Shown here in pieces: positions 33,876 through 43,942 of a stretch of DNA of 51,822 bases. The notes beneath the pieces were generated by a model that saw nothing but the letters and a program-made list of their open reading frames with translations, had not been told where the DNA came from and did no database searches. How positions within the stretch are numbered: the stretch's first letter is position 1; every line of letters starts with the position of its first letter. The translations under genes were made by a program, and so were the position numbers. The DNA is from an uncultured Candidatus Saccharibacteria bacterium (GTDB taxonomy: Bacteria > Patescibacteriota > Minisyncoccia > Phycocordibacterales > UBA12088), in contig CAYPKR010000001.1 in assembly GCA_964411375.1 (NCBI GenBank), positions 304,807 to 356,628 of the forward strand, read 5' to 3'.

Positions 33876-33992
33876 GGGTAGAATTCCGATGGTTTGTCCT
33901 GCGTGGCACTATGCCAGACTAATCTAAATCTGTAAATACTTTCAAAATTTCTCTTAATCCATCTGACATGTATCTCATCGTATACTGTACTG

Positions 33993-34937
33993 ATGCGAAG
34001 ATTGATCGGAAATATCGTGTTGCTCGCAGGACTTGGCGTGCTGGTATTCATATTCCGCGAACCCCTCGGAGAGAGTTGGCGGCTTTTTCAAAATAAAATC
34101 AATCCGTGTTCGGAGCCAATTGTCTATACAATCGGTACATTCGATTCGAAGTTTGGCATAACCAAAGATGTATTTCTTGCGGATATCAAACAAGGTGAAT
34201 CGCTGTGGGAAAAAGCTGCAGGAAGAAATCTCTTTGAGTATGATCCGCTAACTAAAGATCCTCATGCACTCACGATAAATCTTGTTTACGATTATCGGCA
34301 GGACGCAACCAAGCGTATGGCGGAGCTTGGCGTCAAAGTTGAAAACAGCAAGGCATCGTACGACGAGCTTCGCGCAAAATACCTTTCACTGAAGTCCTCG
34401 CTTGATAGCGCGAAAGCAAAATTTGAACGTGACAATGCGGCATTTTCTGCGCGGAATGAAGCGTACAAAAAAGAAGTGCAGTATTGGAATGATCGAGGTG
34501 GCGCACGCGAGCCAGAATTTTCTCGTATTCAAGCCGAAGGTGCTGCACTTAAAGCGCAGTTTCAAACTATTTCCGAAGAGCAAACAAGTATCAACAAAAC
34601 AGTCGATACAATCAATGCGCTGGTCGTCGTCATAAATCAAATCGCAAATAATATTAATCTGAACGCTGAAGCGTTCAATGAGATCGGAAAATCGCGTGGT
34701 GACGAATTTGAGGAAGGAATTTACGAGCGAGATGGTTCGACACAAAAAATCGATATTTACGAATTTACTGATTCAGAAAAATTGGTGCGAGTACTCGCGC
34801 ACGAACTTGGACATGCACTTGGACTCGCCCATGTCGATGATTCAAAAGCGATCATGTATTCGCTAAATCAGGGAACCGGTGTATCTCTGACTGCCGCAGA
34901 TGTTTCAGAACTTACTGCAAAATGTCGGCTTAAATAA
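33993..34937 (+). CDS. membrane-anchored matrixin-like (M10) zinc metalloprotease with coiled-coil insert
   Basis: VLAHELGHALGLAHVDDSKAIMY contains HExxHxxGxxH plus the Met-turn. N-terminal TM helix. Confidence 0.75.
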   Translation: MRRLIGNIVLLAGLGVLVFIFREPLGESWRLFQNKINPCSEPIVYTIGTFDSKFGITKDVFLADIKQGESLWEKAAGRNLFEYDPLTKDPHALTINLVYDYRQDATKRMAELGVKVENSKASYDELRAKYLSLKSSLDSAKAKFERDNAAFSARNEAYKKEVQYWNDRGGAREPEFSRIQAEGAALKAQFQTISEEQTSINKTVDTINALVVVINQIANNINLNAEAFNEIGKSRGDEFEEGIYERDGSTQKIDIYEFTDSEKLVRVLAHELGHALGLAHVDDSKAIMYSLNQGTGVSLTAADVSELTAKCRLK

Positions 34938-34943
34938 TTACGA

Positions 34944-35480
34944 TTGGAAAATAATTCGTATAAACTCATACGATCGAAACGAAAAACACTCGCGCTCTCG
35001 GTGACGAGAGAAGCGACCCTCATTGTCCGTGCGCCGATTCGAACGCCACTTTGGTATATAGAAGGATTGGTGCGGGAGAAGGAAGAGTGGATTAAGAAAG
35101 CGATTTTGAAAATGCGAAAGCTTCCGCAAATCGCGCCGATTTTGCCATGGCAAAATCGGCGCGAGTATTTGAAGCATACAGAAGCAGCTCGAGCGCTTGT
35201 CGTTTCGAGAATCAAAGAACTCAACCGAGCGTACTGTTTCAAATACCGAAAAATTGCCATTCGGAATCAGAAGTCGAGGTGGGGAAGCTGTTCAAAAGCA
35301 GGGAATCTTAATTTTAATTACCGAATCATCTTTTTGGAGCCGGTAGTCGTTGATTACTTGATTGTTCACGAACTCTGTCATCTGAAAGAAATGAACCACG
35401 GCAAGCGATTTTGGAAATTGGTGGAAGAGACAATTCCAAATTACAAAATACTTCGAAGAAAACTTAAATATACCGGCTAG
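34944..35480 (+). CDS. YgjP-like (DUF45/M48-type) metal-dependent hydrolase
   Basis: WGSCS...LNFNYRIIFLEPVVVDYLIVHELCHLKEMNHGKRFW. TTG start. Confidence 0.8.
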   Translation: MENNSYKLIRSKRKTLALSVTREATLIVRAPIRTPLWYIEGLVREKEEWIKKAILKMRKLPQIAPILPWQNRREYLKHTEAARALVVSRIKELNRAYCFKYRKIAIRNQKSRWGSCSKAGNLNFNYRIIFLEPVVVDYLIVHELCHLKEMNHGKRFWKLVEETIPNYKILRRKLKYTG

Positions 35481-35626
35481 ATTTTGGCGAAAATTGCCAA
35501 AAATGTGGAATTGTTTCCTAATGTAAAATCTGTTGTTTTTGAGGATAGTCATTCGTCTACACTATTGTCGCCATATACTCTTTGGCGGCAATACTAGACT
35601 AATTGAGCAACATAATTACGACGTAT

Positions 35627-36409
35627 ATGAACAAAATAAGTCAGATCGGGACTGGTGCAGTGCTCGCGTCAATAATTGCCGCAACGCCACTTTTTGCACT
35701 CGCACATGAGGGGCACGAAGGAGAAGGAAATCATGGAACCTCATTCAGTACTCGCATGGAAGCGAAAATTGATTCCGTATTGGATTTGTTCAATCGAAAA
35801 TCGGACAATGCAGGAAAAGGTAAAAAGTCAGAAAATGACGATAATTCGGGGATCGCATTCCGCGGCACGGTGTCGGCAAATGCAAGCTCGACCCTTACGG
35901 TGCTCGGATCAGATGGCAAAACCTACACCGTCGATACGACTGGTGCGATGATCAAATCAGTCGCAACCTCGACTCACGGCACGATTGCAGTCGGCGATAT
36001 CAAGATCCAGGATCCGATTTTTGTCGCAGGATCTGAAACTGGTACAACGACCATCGAAGCGTCACTCATTGTTGTCGGAGTATTTGGCGAGAAAGTACAT
36101 GACCGAAGAGGAAAGGATTCATGGAAAAAGTTTGACGGTGTTGCCAAGGGTGTTGTCACTTCAGTAGACGGGAACACTATTACCATTCTGAACAAAAAGA
36201 CTGGCACAACGACAGTCGTCACCGATTCGAATACTGCCTTTCGCCTTGATGGTGCGACTACGACATCTGGTTCAGTCGCAGTTGGTTCAAAGGTAGTTAT
36301 TACGGGAACAACCACTGCAACCTCAACGGTATCTGCATCGATTGTTGATGTATTTACCAAAGGATTCAAAAAGTTTGTGCACGTCTGTTTTGGATGGATG
36401 CATAAATAA
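35627..36409 (+). CDS. secreted protein with DUF5666-like repeats
   Basis: Signal peptide, a His-rich stretch (HEGHEGEGNHG), and repeated G-x-V-x-S-V-x-G-x-T-(L/I)-T-(V/I) beta-strand motifs. Confidence 0.55.
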   Translation: MNKISQIGTGAVLASIIAATPLFALAHEGHEGEGNHGTSFSTRMEAKIDSVLDLFNRKSDNAGKGKKSENDDNSGIAFRGTVSANASSTLTVLGSDGKTYTVDTTGAMIKSVATSTHGTIAVGDIKIQDPIFVAGSETGTTTIEASLIVVGVFGEKVHDRRGKDSWKKFDGVAKGVVTSVDGNTITILNKKTGTTTVVTDSNTAFRLDGATTTSGSVAVGSKVVITGTTTATSTVSASIVDVFTKGFKKFVHVCFGWMHK

Positions 36410-36434
36410 ATTCTAACCTTACTACCTTTAGTAA

Positions 36435-36475
36435 AAATCAGCTGGCGAAGCAACGCTTCGCCAGCTGATTTGTTT
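36435..36475. terminator. hairpin terminator
   Basis: aaatcagctggcgaagc / gcttcgccagctgattt. Confidence 0.7.
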
Positions 36476-36545
36476 CTCTAGCCGCTTAACCTTTGCTTCA
36501 CGTTCTATTCGCTACCATTATTTATTATTCGATAATGCATTCGGT

Positions 36546-37085
36546 ATGAAACAAACAACCATTGGCGTTTTTGCTTCTCGCGGCGACGCCGAACGTGCAA
36601 TCAATCGAGTACACAACGAATTGTCAGTTCCGAACGAAGACATTTCTTTCTTGTACCGAAATACGGCAGGAGAAATCAAAGAAGTGCCGTCCGATGCAGT
36701 GAGTTCAAGTACACCCGGAGAAGGCGCAGTGACCGGTGCTGAAGTTGGTGGAACACTTGGTGCGCTGGCGGGAATTGCCGCAATTGCTGGAGCAATTCCA
36801 ACACTCGGTCCACTCTTTGTCGCTGGACCGCTCGCATTAGCACTCGGAATAACTGGGGCTATCGGTACCACCGCTGCGGCAGCGATAACTGGTGCCGCCG
36901 CAGGCGGTTTAATTGGAGCCCTCTTAAGTCTTGGTGTGGGACGTGAACGTGCACAGGAATACGAAGACCGAGTACTTGCCGGAAATGTGCTCGTGATCAC
37001 AAACGCTTCAAAAGATGCCGATGTTGCTTCTGTTTTCAGGAGCTGTGGGGCTATCGAAGTAGAAATCTACGCTATTAGAGTCTAA
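36546..37085 (+). CDS. general stress protein 17M-like domain protein with Gly-zipper membrane segment
   Basis: TIGVFASRGDAERAINRV N-terminal domain, then a G/A-rich hydrophobic region. Confidence 0.6.
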   Translation: MKQTTIGVFASRGDAERAINRVHNELSVPNEDISFLYRNTAGEIKEVPSDAVSSSTPGEGAVTGAEVGGTLGALAGIAAIAGAIPTLGPLFVAGPLALALGITGAIGTTAAAAITGAAAGGLIGALLSLGVGRERAQEYEDRVLAGNVLVITNASKDADVASVFRSCGAIEVEIYAIRV

Positions 37086-37366
37086 GCAGCGGAGTTATCC
37101 ACCGGATATGATGGGGATATCCGCACAAATGGCATAGGGTATGGGATTGTTGTTTTACCAAGATCCACCCACAATATTGTCAGATCTTTTAGGAATTTGT
37201 CGGATTCTTCAAAATATATGTGCTGAAGTTCCCACAACGTACTCGGCCCTTAGGGCATTCGAGACTCGGGACAAAAAATACAGACAAAGTAAGAATTCCT
37301 GACGGATTATAAAGATCAATTCCCAAGAAAAATGCTCCAGTTATGAGATGGAGCATTTTTCTTTTG

Positions 37367-38290
37367 CTATCTTGCGCGCAAGTACATATATATGTCTTCC
37401 AGTGCTTTGACGCCATCACCTGCGGCGATGTTGTTTTGGTGATAGAGCTCGTCAGTACAATCACCGACTGCCCAAACTCCTGGAATATTTGTTTGCTGAT
37501 TTTTTGGATTCGTGATGACGCGCTTCAGTTCATCCATCGCGATAATGCCCTCCGCGTATTCGGTACTTGGAATCATACCAATTTCGACAAAGACACCAGT
37601 TACCGGAAGTTCTTTGAGATCGCCAGAGTTTTTGTCTGTGTAGGTGAATCCGGTGACAAATTGTTCGCCTTTGACTGCAACCGGATCGGCGTTCGTGATG
37701 ATTTTGATATTTGGATGCTTGCTGACTGCTTCGACCGTTGATGGATCGGCTTTGAAATTGTTTGATCGATTTACGAGTGTGACGCTTTTTGCATATGCGA
37801 GAAGTTGCGCGGCAGTTTCGAATGCAGCATTTCCACCTCCAACAACGACAACATCAGCGCCACCAAAGAGGGGACCATCACACGATGCACAATACGTGAG
37901 TCCTTTGTGTTCAAATTGATCCGCACCAGGTACTTCAAGTTTGCGACGATGCCCGCCGGACGCGATCAATACCGTTTTTGCTTGATGCGTTTTATTTTCT
38001 GAATCAGTTACTTGGAATCCGCCTTCGATTTTTTCGAGTTTCGTGGCGCGTACTCCTTCGACTATCGAAACCCATGTATCTGCATACGTTTCCAAATGTT
38101 TTTTGAGTGCAACCGCCAAATCGGGTCCAGCGATTGCGGGCGTTCCGATCCAATTTTGGATTTCAGGTGAATCGATTGATTGTCCGCCAAATGATTCAGT
38201 AATGAATATTGTCGTAAGTTGTTTTCTCGCCGCATACACTCCCGCAGAAACGCCTGCCGGACCGCCGCCGATGATGATGAGATCGTGCAT
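37367..38290 (-). CDS. trxB: thioredoxin-disulfide reductase-like flavoprotein
   Basis: DLIIIGGGPAG FAD motif, redox CASC, VVVVGGGNAAFE NADPH motif, GVWAVGDC. Confidence 0.85.
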   Translation of the reverse strand: MHDLIIIGGGPAGVSAGVYAARKQLTTIFITESFGGQSIDSPEIQNWIGTPAIAGPDLAVALKKHLETYADTWVSIVEGVRATKLEKIEGGFQVTDSENKTHQAKTVLIASGGHRRKLEVPGADQFEHKGLTYCASCDGPLFGGADVVVVGGGNAAFETAAQLLAYAKSVTLVNRSNNFKADPSTVEAVSKHPNIKIITNADPVAVKGEQFVTGFTYTDKNSGDLKELPVTGVFVEIGMIPSTEYAEGIIAMDELKRVITNPKNQQTNIPGVWAVGDCTDELYHQNNIAAGDGVKALEDIYMYLRAR

Positions 38291-38403
38291 AGGGGAATAT
38301 TGTAGCACCAAACGGATGGATTGTGTCGCAGAGTAAGCCTTGCTTTCCTTCTATTTGGATTGTATACATTCAGATAGTCAGCAACAGTCCAGGAGAGCAA
38401 GTT

Positions 38404-38712
38404 ATGCGGTTCACATCATTATTGTTGATAGCGATATCGGCAAATCTAGCCGGAAGACTACTACCGTGGGACGTCCTTGGTGCGGGGATCATATTGCTTG
38501 CCGCTGTCGTAGCGTTTTCTTGGCTCCTTAAAAGTTACAAGCATTTATCGAGGGTGGCAGCATTTCGAATCACTGGGACGCTTTTGGTTGTAACCTCATC
38601 CATGATCTTTGGATTCATACTAAGTATTGGAACGGAGGGAATCTATTTATACCTATCGGTTCTTCTACTCTTTTGCGTTGCTACCTATGGACTGCGGCTT
38701 AATAGAGTGTAA
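38404..38712 (+). CDS. hypothetical membrane protein
   Basis: About 102 aa with 3-4 TM helices. A terminator hairpin follows (ccccgccagcc...ggccggcgggg). Confidence 0.45.
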   Translation: MRFTSLLLIAISANLAGRLLPWDVLGAGIILLAAVVAFSWLLKSYKHLSRVAAFRITGTLLVVTSSMIFGFILSIGTEGIYLYLSVLLLFCVATYGLRLNRV

Positions 38713-38834
38713 CCAAATATTTATTGTTCGTGCATAGCGAGAGACACCCCGCCAGCCAAGAGGCCGGCGGGGTTGTTTTTTATCCGATCTATTGTATAAA
38801 GGCCCTGGGTCTCTCGTAGGGAAAGGAATCTATT

Positions 38835-39155
38835 ATGAAAAGACGTATCCTGAGATTACTGTGGACAGTGTTCTTCGGAGGATTAATCTGGCTTGCCCTC
38901 TGGTTAGGTTCCGACCCGAGTTCTCTTCCGAAGAAGGAAGTCGTCTTCTATCTATGGGCATTTCTGCTCCTCGGCAGTATTCTCTTCAAGTACATTGACT
39001 ATATTTCACAGAATTCATTACTCAGCGTAGTGGTGTTCGCTATCGCTATAATAATTGGGGGATGGCCTCTCGCCGATATGTCTGAGGTTGAGTTGCAGAT
39101 GGCAGTCTGGGGAATTTTCCTTTCTGGAATACTATTACTTTGGAGGAGGGAATAA
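38835..39155 (+). CDS. hypothetical membrane protein
   Basis: 106 aa with 3-4 TM helices. A hairpin follows at 39175-39199. Confidence 0.45.
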   Translation: MKRRILRLLWTVFFGGLIWLALWLGSDPSSLPKKEVVFYLWAFLLLGSILFKYIDYISQNSLLSVVVFAIAIIIGGWPLADMSEVELQMAVWGIFLSGILLLWRRE

Positions 39156-39226
39156 TCCTCAAACGCCGAACGAAGACCGGCCACCCCTGGTGGCCGGTCG
39201 TTCCTATTTTGGATATATCAAGAAAA

Positions 39227-40399
39227 TTACTTTATCTTTGATCGGCGGAGAAATGCCGGTACTGCGCCCCAGTCATCATCGTCATCAATCACTTTTGGAT
39301 CTTCTTTCTTTTCAGGCTCTTCCTTGGCGATCGGCTTTACTGTAGGAATATCGAGCACATTGTGAATCGCTGCGCGGTCCTCGTTCAAATTTTTTACTTC
39401 ATCGCGAAACGAAGTGAAGAGGGACGATGAACGAGCTGGTCCGCTCTCGGGGAAACCGGTTGCGATAACCGTGACCTTGATTTCGTTTTTCTTGAGCTTC
39501 TCGTCCTTGAATGCACCAAAGATGACGCGTGCATTTGGATCGATTGATTCGGTGATGATTTTTGCCGCATCCTGAACTTCGAGCATTCCGAGATCGTCGC
39601 CTCCCGCGATTGCGAAGAGTACACCTTTTGCACCAGAGATTGAGATTTCGAGAAGGGGAGAATTGATTGCGGCGCGTGCAGCTTCTTCAGCGCGCTTGTC
39701 GCCAGACGCTACTCCAACACCCATGAGTGCTGATCCTGCATTTTCCATAACAGAGCGAATATCGGCGAAGTCGACGTTGACGATGCCGGGAGTAGTGATG
39801 AGATCAGAAATTCCTTCAACTGCTTGGCGGAGAATGTCATCGCAGAGTGCGAATGCATTTTTGACACTCGTATCGCGATCAACAACCGCGAGTAGGCGAT
39901 CGTTTGGAATCACGATGAGCGCATCAACTTCTTTCTTGAGTTCTTCAAGACCGAGGTCTGCCATTCGCTGACGCTGCTGTCCTTCAAATGAGAACGGCTT
40001 CGTAACAACGCCAACCGTGAGCGCGCCAACTTCTTTTGCCGCACGCGCAACAACAGACGATGCACCGGTTCCGGTACCACCACCCATTCCGCAGGTGATG
40101 AAAGTCATGTCTGAACCTTTCAGTGCATCAATGACTTCTTCTTTTGTTTCTTCTGCTGCACGCTTTCCGACATCAGGATGTCCGCCGGCTCCGAGACCAC
40201 GAGTCAAATTTTTTCCAACGTGAATTTTTTTCTTCGCAAGAGATTGCTGAAGATCTTGCGCATCGGTGTTGACGACGATGAATTCAACTCCTTTTACTTT
40301 GGAATTGATCATGTGATTCACGGCATTTTTGCCGGAACCACCAACTCCTACTACTCGAATTCGTGCAAATGCTTCGACATCCTGATTGACTTGTTTCAT
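39227..40399 (-). CDS. ftsZ: cell division protein FtsZ
   Basis: GVGGSGKNAVN, NTDAQDL and GGGTGTGAS tubulin signature. Confidence 0.97.
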   Translation of the reverse strand: MKQVNQDVEAFARIRVVGVGGSGKNAVNHMINSKVKGVEFIVVNTDAQDLQQSLAKKKIHVGKNLTRGLGAGGHPDVGKRAAEETKEEVIDALKGSDMTFITCGMGGGTGTGASSVVARAAKEVGALTVGVVTKPFSFEGQQRQRMADLGLEELKKEVDALIVIPNDRLLAVVDRDTSVKNAFALCDDILRQAVEGISDLITTPGIVNVDFADIRSVMENAGSALMGVGVASGDKRAEEAARAAINSPLLEISISGAKGVLFAIAGGDDLGMLEVQDAAKIITESIDPNARVIFGAFKDEKLKKNEIKVTVIATGFPESGPARSSSLFTSFRDEVKNLNEDRAAIHNVLDIPTVKPIAKEEPEKKEDPKVIDDDDDWGAVPAFLRRSKIK

Positions 40400-40525
40400 A
40401 TAGTATGTTCCGCTCGCTGTATTAGTTTTTCTATCATATCAGAAATAGCACTTGGCAATCATTGACATAAAACTCAATATATTCTTGAGTACCAGAAGTG
40501 GTTACCTCAGGAAGCGAGACCTGTG

Positions 40526-40732
40526 ATGCTAGAGAAATCCAAGTCTTTACAGGAACTTTGGTGGTTCATCATTCTTACAGCTTTTGCGATATTCCTCGTC
40601 ATCTATGTACTCCTGCATCTATCAAGCCCGTTTCCTTTGAGACCTCTCTTCCCTGCATCAGTGTTTGAAATAGTCGCAGTTATGTCCCTCCTATCCTATA
40701 TACGGTCTAAAGGGGGAGGGAGGGAAAAGTGA
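40526..40732 (+). CDS. possible small two-TM membrane protein
   Basis: 68-aa ORF between ftsZ and ftsA on the opposite strand. The 40748-40769 hairpin plus T-run follows it. Confidence 0.3.
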   Translation: MLEKSKSLQELWWFIILTAFAIFLVIYVLLHLSSPFPLRPLFPASVFEIVAVMSLLSYIRSKGGGREK

Positions 40733-40747
40733 TGTCCATATTGCAAA

Positions 40748-40778
40748 CCCCGCGCCGAGAGGCGCGGGGGAATTTTTT
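40748..40778. terminator. hairpin terminator between ftsA and ftsZ
   Basis: ccccgcgcc gaga ggcgcgggg with T-runs on both strands. Confidence 0.65.
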
Positions 40779-40783
40779 ATGGA

Positions 40784-41950
40784 CTACGGCAAAAACTGTT
40801 TAAACCAACGTTTTATATTGTTGAGGAGAGGGCCAATTGTGTCCGGCATACTCTCGCCTTCGTCGGACATTCCCCAGATTGTGATTCCGTACGGCACTGT
40901 CCACGATGAATCCTTCAGTTTTGTTTTTCCCGAACCTACATCAAGCGTGATTGCTTTTGAAGGAATTTTAAGAATGCTTCGCGCGAGGTCTTCGATGCCG
41001 TTCGCATTTGATCCGCCGCCAGTCAGGATGATACCCGCGGGCAAGAGTCCGCTTTTGCCGATTTTTTTCAAATGGGCATCGATCAGTTCAAAAATGTCGG
41101 AAAGTCTGGCGTTGATAATTTCATCAAGTTTTTTCTTTGGATAGTTACCGCCAGATACCGCGCCACGTTTCAGATGCTCTGCTTCATCAAGCGAAACTTT
41201 GAACCCAAGCGCCAAGTCGTTGGTGATATCAGTCGAACCGATTGGAAATGTCTTCACCGATATCGGCGTATTATTTTCAAATACCGCAATCGAAACAGTT
41301 TCGGCGCCAACGTTTGCAAGTACGCATCCCGCAATTTTTTGTGCCTTCGTGAGGGTTGCGAAACTTGCAGCAATGGGAGACGCCATAACATCAATCACGC
41401 TGACACCAACATCTTCAACCGTTGCGATCAAATCAGAAAGGTGTTGTTCAAGTGTCGTTATAAAAAGTATTTCAACTTCGAGTTTGTTGCCCTTCATTCC
41501 TTGCGGTCGACCAAGGACTTTTTGTCCATCAAGAAAATATGCAATCGGAATCTGATGGATGATTTTTTTATTGGTTGTATACGGCAGGGAACGCTCTTCG
41601 GCATTTTCAACCGCACGCTTCATGTCGAGGTCGGTGACTTCGGAATCGCCGCGTGCAATTATCGTCTCGCCTTTGCCCCGCACTTCGTCCAAGCTAACGC
41701 CACCAACTGCCAAATATGCCCGACGTATTTTTGTACCGGATATTTTTTCGGTTTGGGAAATAGCTCCCCGAACACTTCTCGCTACATCTCCTTGATTGAT
41801 GATGTAGCCGTGGCGAAGACCACGTGATTGGGCAAAACCCGTGCCAATTATGGTCGGCACCATTCTCCCTCGTTCTTCGGCTGTTTCGCAAGCAACGACC
41901 TTTACCCCAAAGGTACCGACGTCGATGCCGACTGTGACGTGCTTCGCCAT
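40784..41950 (-). CDS. ftsA: cell division protein FtsA
   Basis: Actin-fold motifs VGIDVGTFGVKVV and ILTGGGSNANGI. 388 aa. Confidence 0.93.
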   Translation of the reverse strand: MAKHVTVGIDVGTFGVKVVACETAEERGRMVPTIIGTGFAQSRGLRHGYIINQGDVARSVRGAISQTEKISGTKIRRAYLAVGGVSLDEVRGKGETIIARGDSEVTDLDMKRAVENAEERSLPYTTNKKIIHQIPIAYFLDGQKVLGRPQGMKGNKLEVEILFITTLEQHLSDLIATVEDVGVSVIDVMASPIAASFATLTKAQKIAGCVLANVGAETVSIAVFENNTPISVKTFPIGSTDITNDLALGFKVSLDEAEHLKRGAVSGGNYPKKKLDEIINARLSDIFELIDAHLKKIGKSGLLPAGIILTGGGSNANGIEDLARSILKIPSKAITLDVGSGKTKLKDSSWTVPYGITIWGMSDEGESMPDTIGPLLNNIKRWFKQFLP

Positions 41951-41996
41951 ATTATTTTAAAGAAAATCTCCCACACCAATTGATGTGGATAGAGAA

Positions 41997-42404
41997 CTAG
42001 CGCGCGTGCGGGTCAGGCAGACCAAATGCGCGCATATATTTGCTCTCCAATTTCTCCATTGTAGCGCCATGTGGGTGACCCTTCAAATGAAGCATTCCGT
42101 GGATAAATAAATATCCCGTGAACTCGGTTGGTGTCATATCGAATTTTTTTGCTTCAATTTGGACACGCGGCATTGCGATATATATTTCGCCCAGTGTCTT
42201 TGAAAGGGGGAATGAAAGCACATTTGTTGGATAGTCTTTCTTTCGATACGTTCGATTCAAGGAGCGGGAGCGTTTGTCACCAATGAGTTGGAGTGACAAT
42301 TCATAGGAATTACCCAGAACCGAACGCTTTATTTCCATAAACGGCAAACGCGGGATCGTCCCGCGAGTGGTGTTCGTAAGCGCGAATGAGGCGCCTGCCT
42401 TCAT
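41997..42404 (-). CDS. ybeY: rRNA maturation endoribonuclease YbeY
   Basis: FIHGMLHLKGHPHG is the HxxxHxxxxxH zinc motif. Confidence 0.9.
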   Translation of the reverse strand: MKAGASFALTNTTRGTIPRLPFMEIKRSVLGNSYELSLQLIGDKRSRSLNRTYRKKDYPTNVLSFPLSKTLGEIYIAMPRVQIEAKKFDMTPTEFTGYLFIHGMLHLKGHPHGATMEKLESKYMRAFGLPDPHAR

Positions 42405-42405
42405 A

Positions 42406-42657
42406 TTATTTCTTCGGAGCGCCGGGAGCGGCTTCAGTGATTTTTCCAGACTTCAACATGTCCTGATAGCGAACCTGGCGGCGGAGGCGAAGAAGCGTCT
42501 TCTTTTTGCTGGTTGCCTTTGATGGAGAGCGTTCAAAATAACGAAGTCCACGAACACGAGGAAGAATACCTGCGCCCTGGACGCGCTTTGTGAACTTGCG
42601 GATAACGCTCGACGCGGACTCGCTTGGCGTCTTTTTAACTTCTACGTTTACTGCCAT
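42406..42657 (-). CDS. rpsU: 30S ribosomal protein S21
   Basis: 83-aa basic protein. IRKFTKRVQGAGIL...ERSPSKATSKKK follows the S21 pattern. Confidence 0.8.
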   Translation of the reverse strand: MAVNVEVKKTPSESASSVIRKFTKRVQGAGILPRVRGLRYFERSPSKATSKKKTLLRLRRQVRYQDMLKSGKITEAAPGAPKK

Positions 42658-42710
42658 AGGTCGTGACTATACCATATATAGTCTGAATTTCGCAAGGGTG
42701 CCTAGGGAGG

Positions 42711-43919
42711 CTACGCCCTGACAGCCTTGAAATAGGTGGGAAGGCGCTCAATAGAGACGGTTTCTTGAGCGCGGGTGCCGATATTTCGAACGATAACCGA
42801 TCGCTCAACCGCTTCTTTCTGTCCCATAATGACGAGATACGGTACCCCGAGACGCTCAGCTGAGGCGACTTGCTCTGAAAAGCCTGAATCAGCGATCGAG
42901 TGGCGGAATGGGATATGTGCCTTTCGGAGTGTTTCAATAACGTCGAGGCTGTGGAGTTTTGCTTCGGTACCAAGGTGCACAAAATATACTTTTGGTTGGC
43001 GCATGCGAGGAGTGGGCGAGCGCGCCAATACTTTTCCTGGATTCTGAAGAGAAAAGACGATTCCGACTGCAGGAAGCGGCAATTTGAACATTCGTTTTGG
43101 AAGTTCATCGATGCGGCCACCACGAACGATAAGATCATGCTCTTCCTCTGCAGATTCGTTCTGCCTGCGAATATCAAAAATAGTTTCGCTGTAATATTCG
43201 CGAGAACCAATCAAATATTCGTCGAGCTCAAATTGAATATCCGATGCTTCGAGTTGCTCCAAGACTTCGCGGAAATTGCGGCGAGAGGCGCTTGAGAGAA
43301 ATTCAACCGAGCGTGGCAATTCCTCGACAATCGGATGCCTCTTTTTTACGAGATAGAGAAATGCTTCAAGTGCATCTTCCTTGAGAAGTGCTTCCACTTG
43401 CGGCGGAAGATCATTCGCTCGACGCTTCAGTGCAACGCCAAGTTCGCGAAGATATCTTGCTTTTGAATCGCGGTCGCCAACTGAATTAACGTATACGGTG
43501 AGATCGTTTTGCCCGATTTCTTCCAAGATTGAAAGTGCTGCTTTCAAGATGACCGCTTCACCAACACTTTGATTCGCGCCGTACGCATGCAGTCCAAACG
43601 AAAATGTCTTCATTGAACGAGGCTCATTTGATTTACGTGCAAGATCAAACGATGTGTGGAAAAAGAGCGTCGGTTGTTTTCTTGAGAGAATACCTTGTTC
43701 ACCACAAAAACGAAGCGTCTTTGAAAGTTCGCTCCCGATCATGTCAGCTCCGCGTTGCGGAAGGGAGTTTGGAATCATCGTGAGACGCGATCCTTTTTCA
43801 TTTCGCGCACCACGAAGTGTTTGTTGAACTTCATCGAGCGGCATAAAACCGTAGTGAGTCGCGGTGCCGGAAGCCCGCTTCACAAAATCAGCATTCATTT
43901 GTTTTCGTCCGAGTACCAT
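42711..43919 (-). CDS. histidyl-tRNA synthetase-like class II protein (divergent)
   Basis: C-terminal HGTP anticodon-binding-like domain (VYFVHLG...VPYLVIMGQKE). The motif-3-like segment RGGRIDEL...PAVGIVFSL is present. The motif-2 region is degenerate. Confidence 0.65.
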   Translation of the reverse strand: MVLGRKQMNADFVKRASGTATHYGFMPLDEVQQTLRGARNEKGSRLTMIPNSLPQRGADMIGSELSKTLRFCGEQGILSRKQPTLFFHTSFDLARKSNEPRSMKTFSFGLHAYGANQSVGEAVILKAALSILEEIGQNDLTVYVNSVGDRDSKARYLRELGVALKRRANDLPPQVEALLKEDALEAFLYLVKKRHPIVEELPRSVEFLSSASRRNFREVLEQLEASDIQFELDEYLIGSREYYSETIFDIRRQNESAEEEHDLIVRGGRIDELPKRMFKLPLPAVGIVFSLQNPGKVLARSPTPRMRQPKVYFVHLGTEAKLHSLDVIETLRKAHIPFRHSIADSGFSEQVASAERLGVPYLVIMGQKEAVERSVIVRNIGTRAQETVSIERLPTYFKAVRA

Positions 43920-43942
43920 GTGCGTTTTCCTGATTACTATTC

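Noticed and set aside
36518-37000. 160-aa minus-strand ORF
   Set aside because: It is an Ala/Pro-rich antisense shadow of the Gly/Ala-rich segment of the 36546..37085 gene.
41072-41827. 251-aa + strand ORF inside ftsA
   Set aside because: It is antisense to a well-supported ftsA and has no recognisable motifs.
42635-43210. 191-aa minus-strand ORF overlapping the HisRS-like gene and rpsU
   Set aside because: It is an off-frame overlap of two supported genes.
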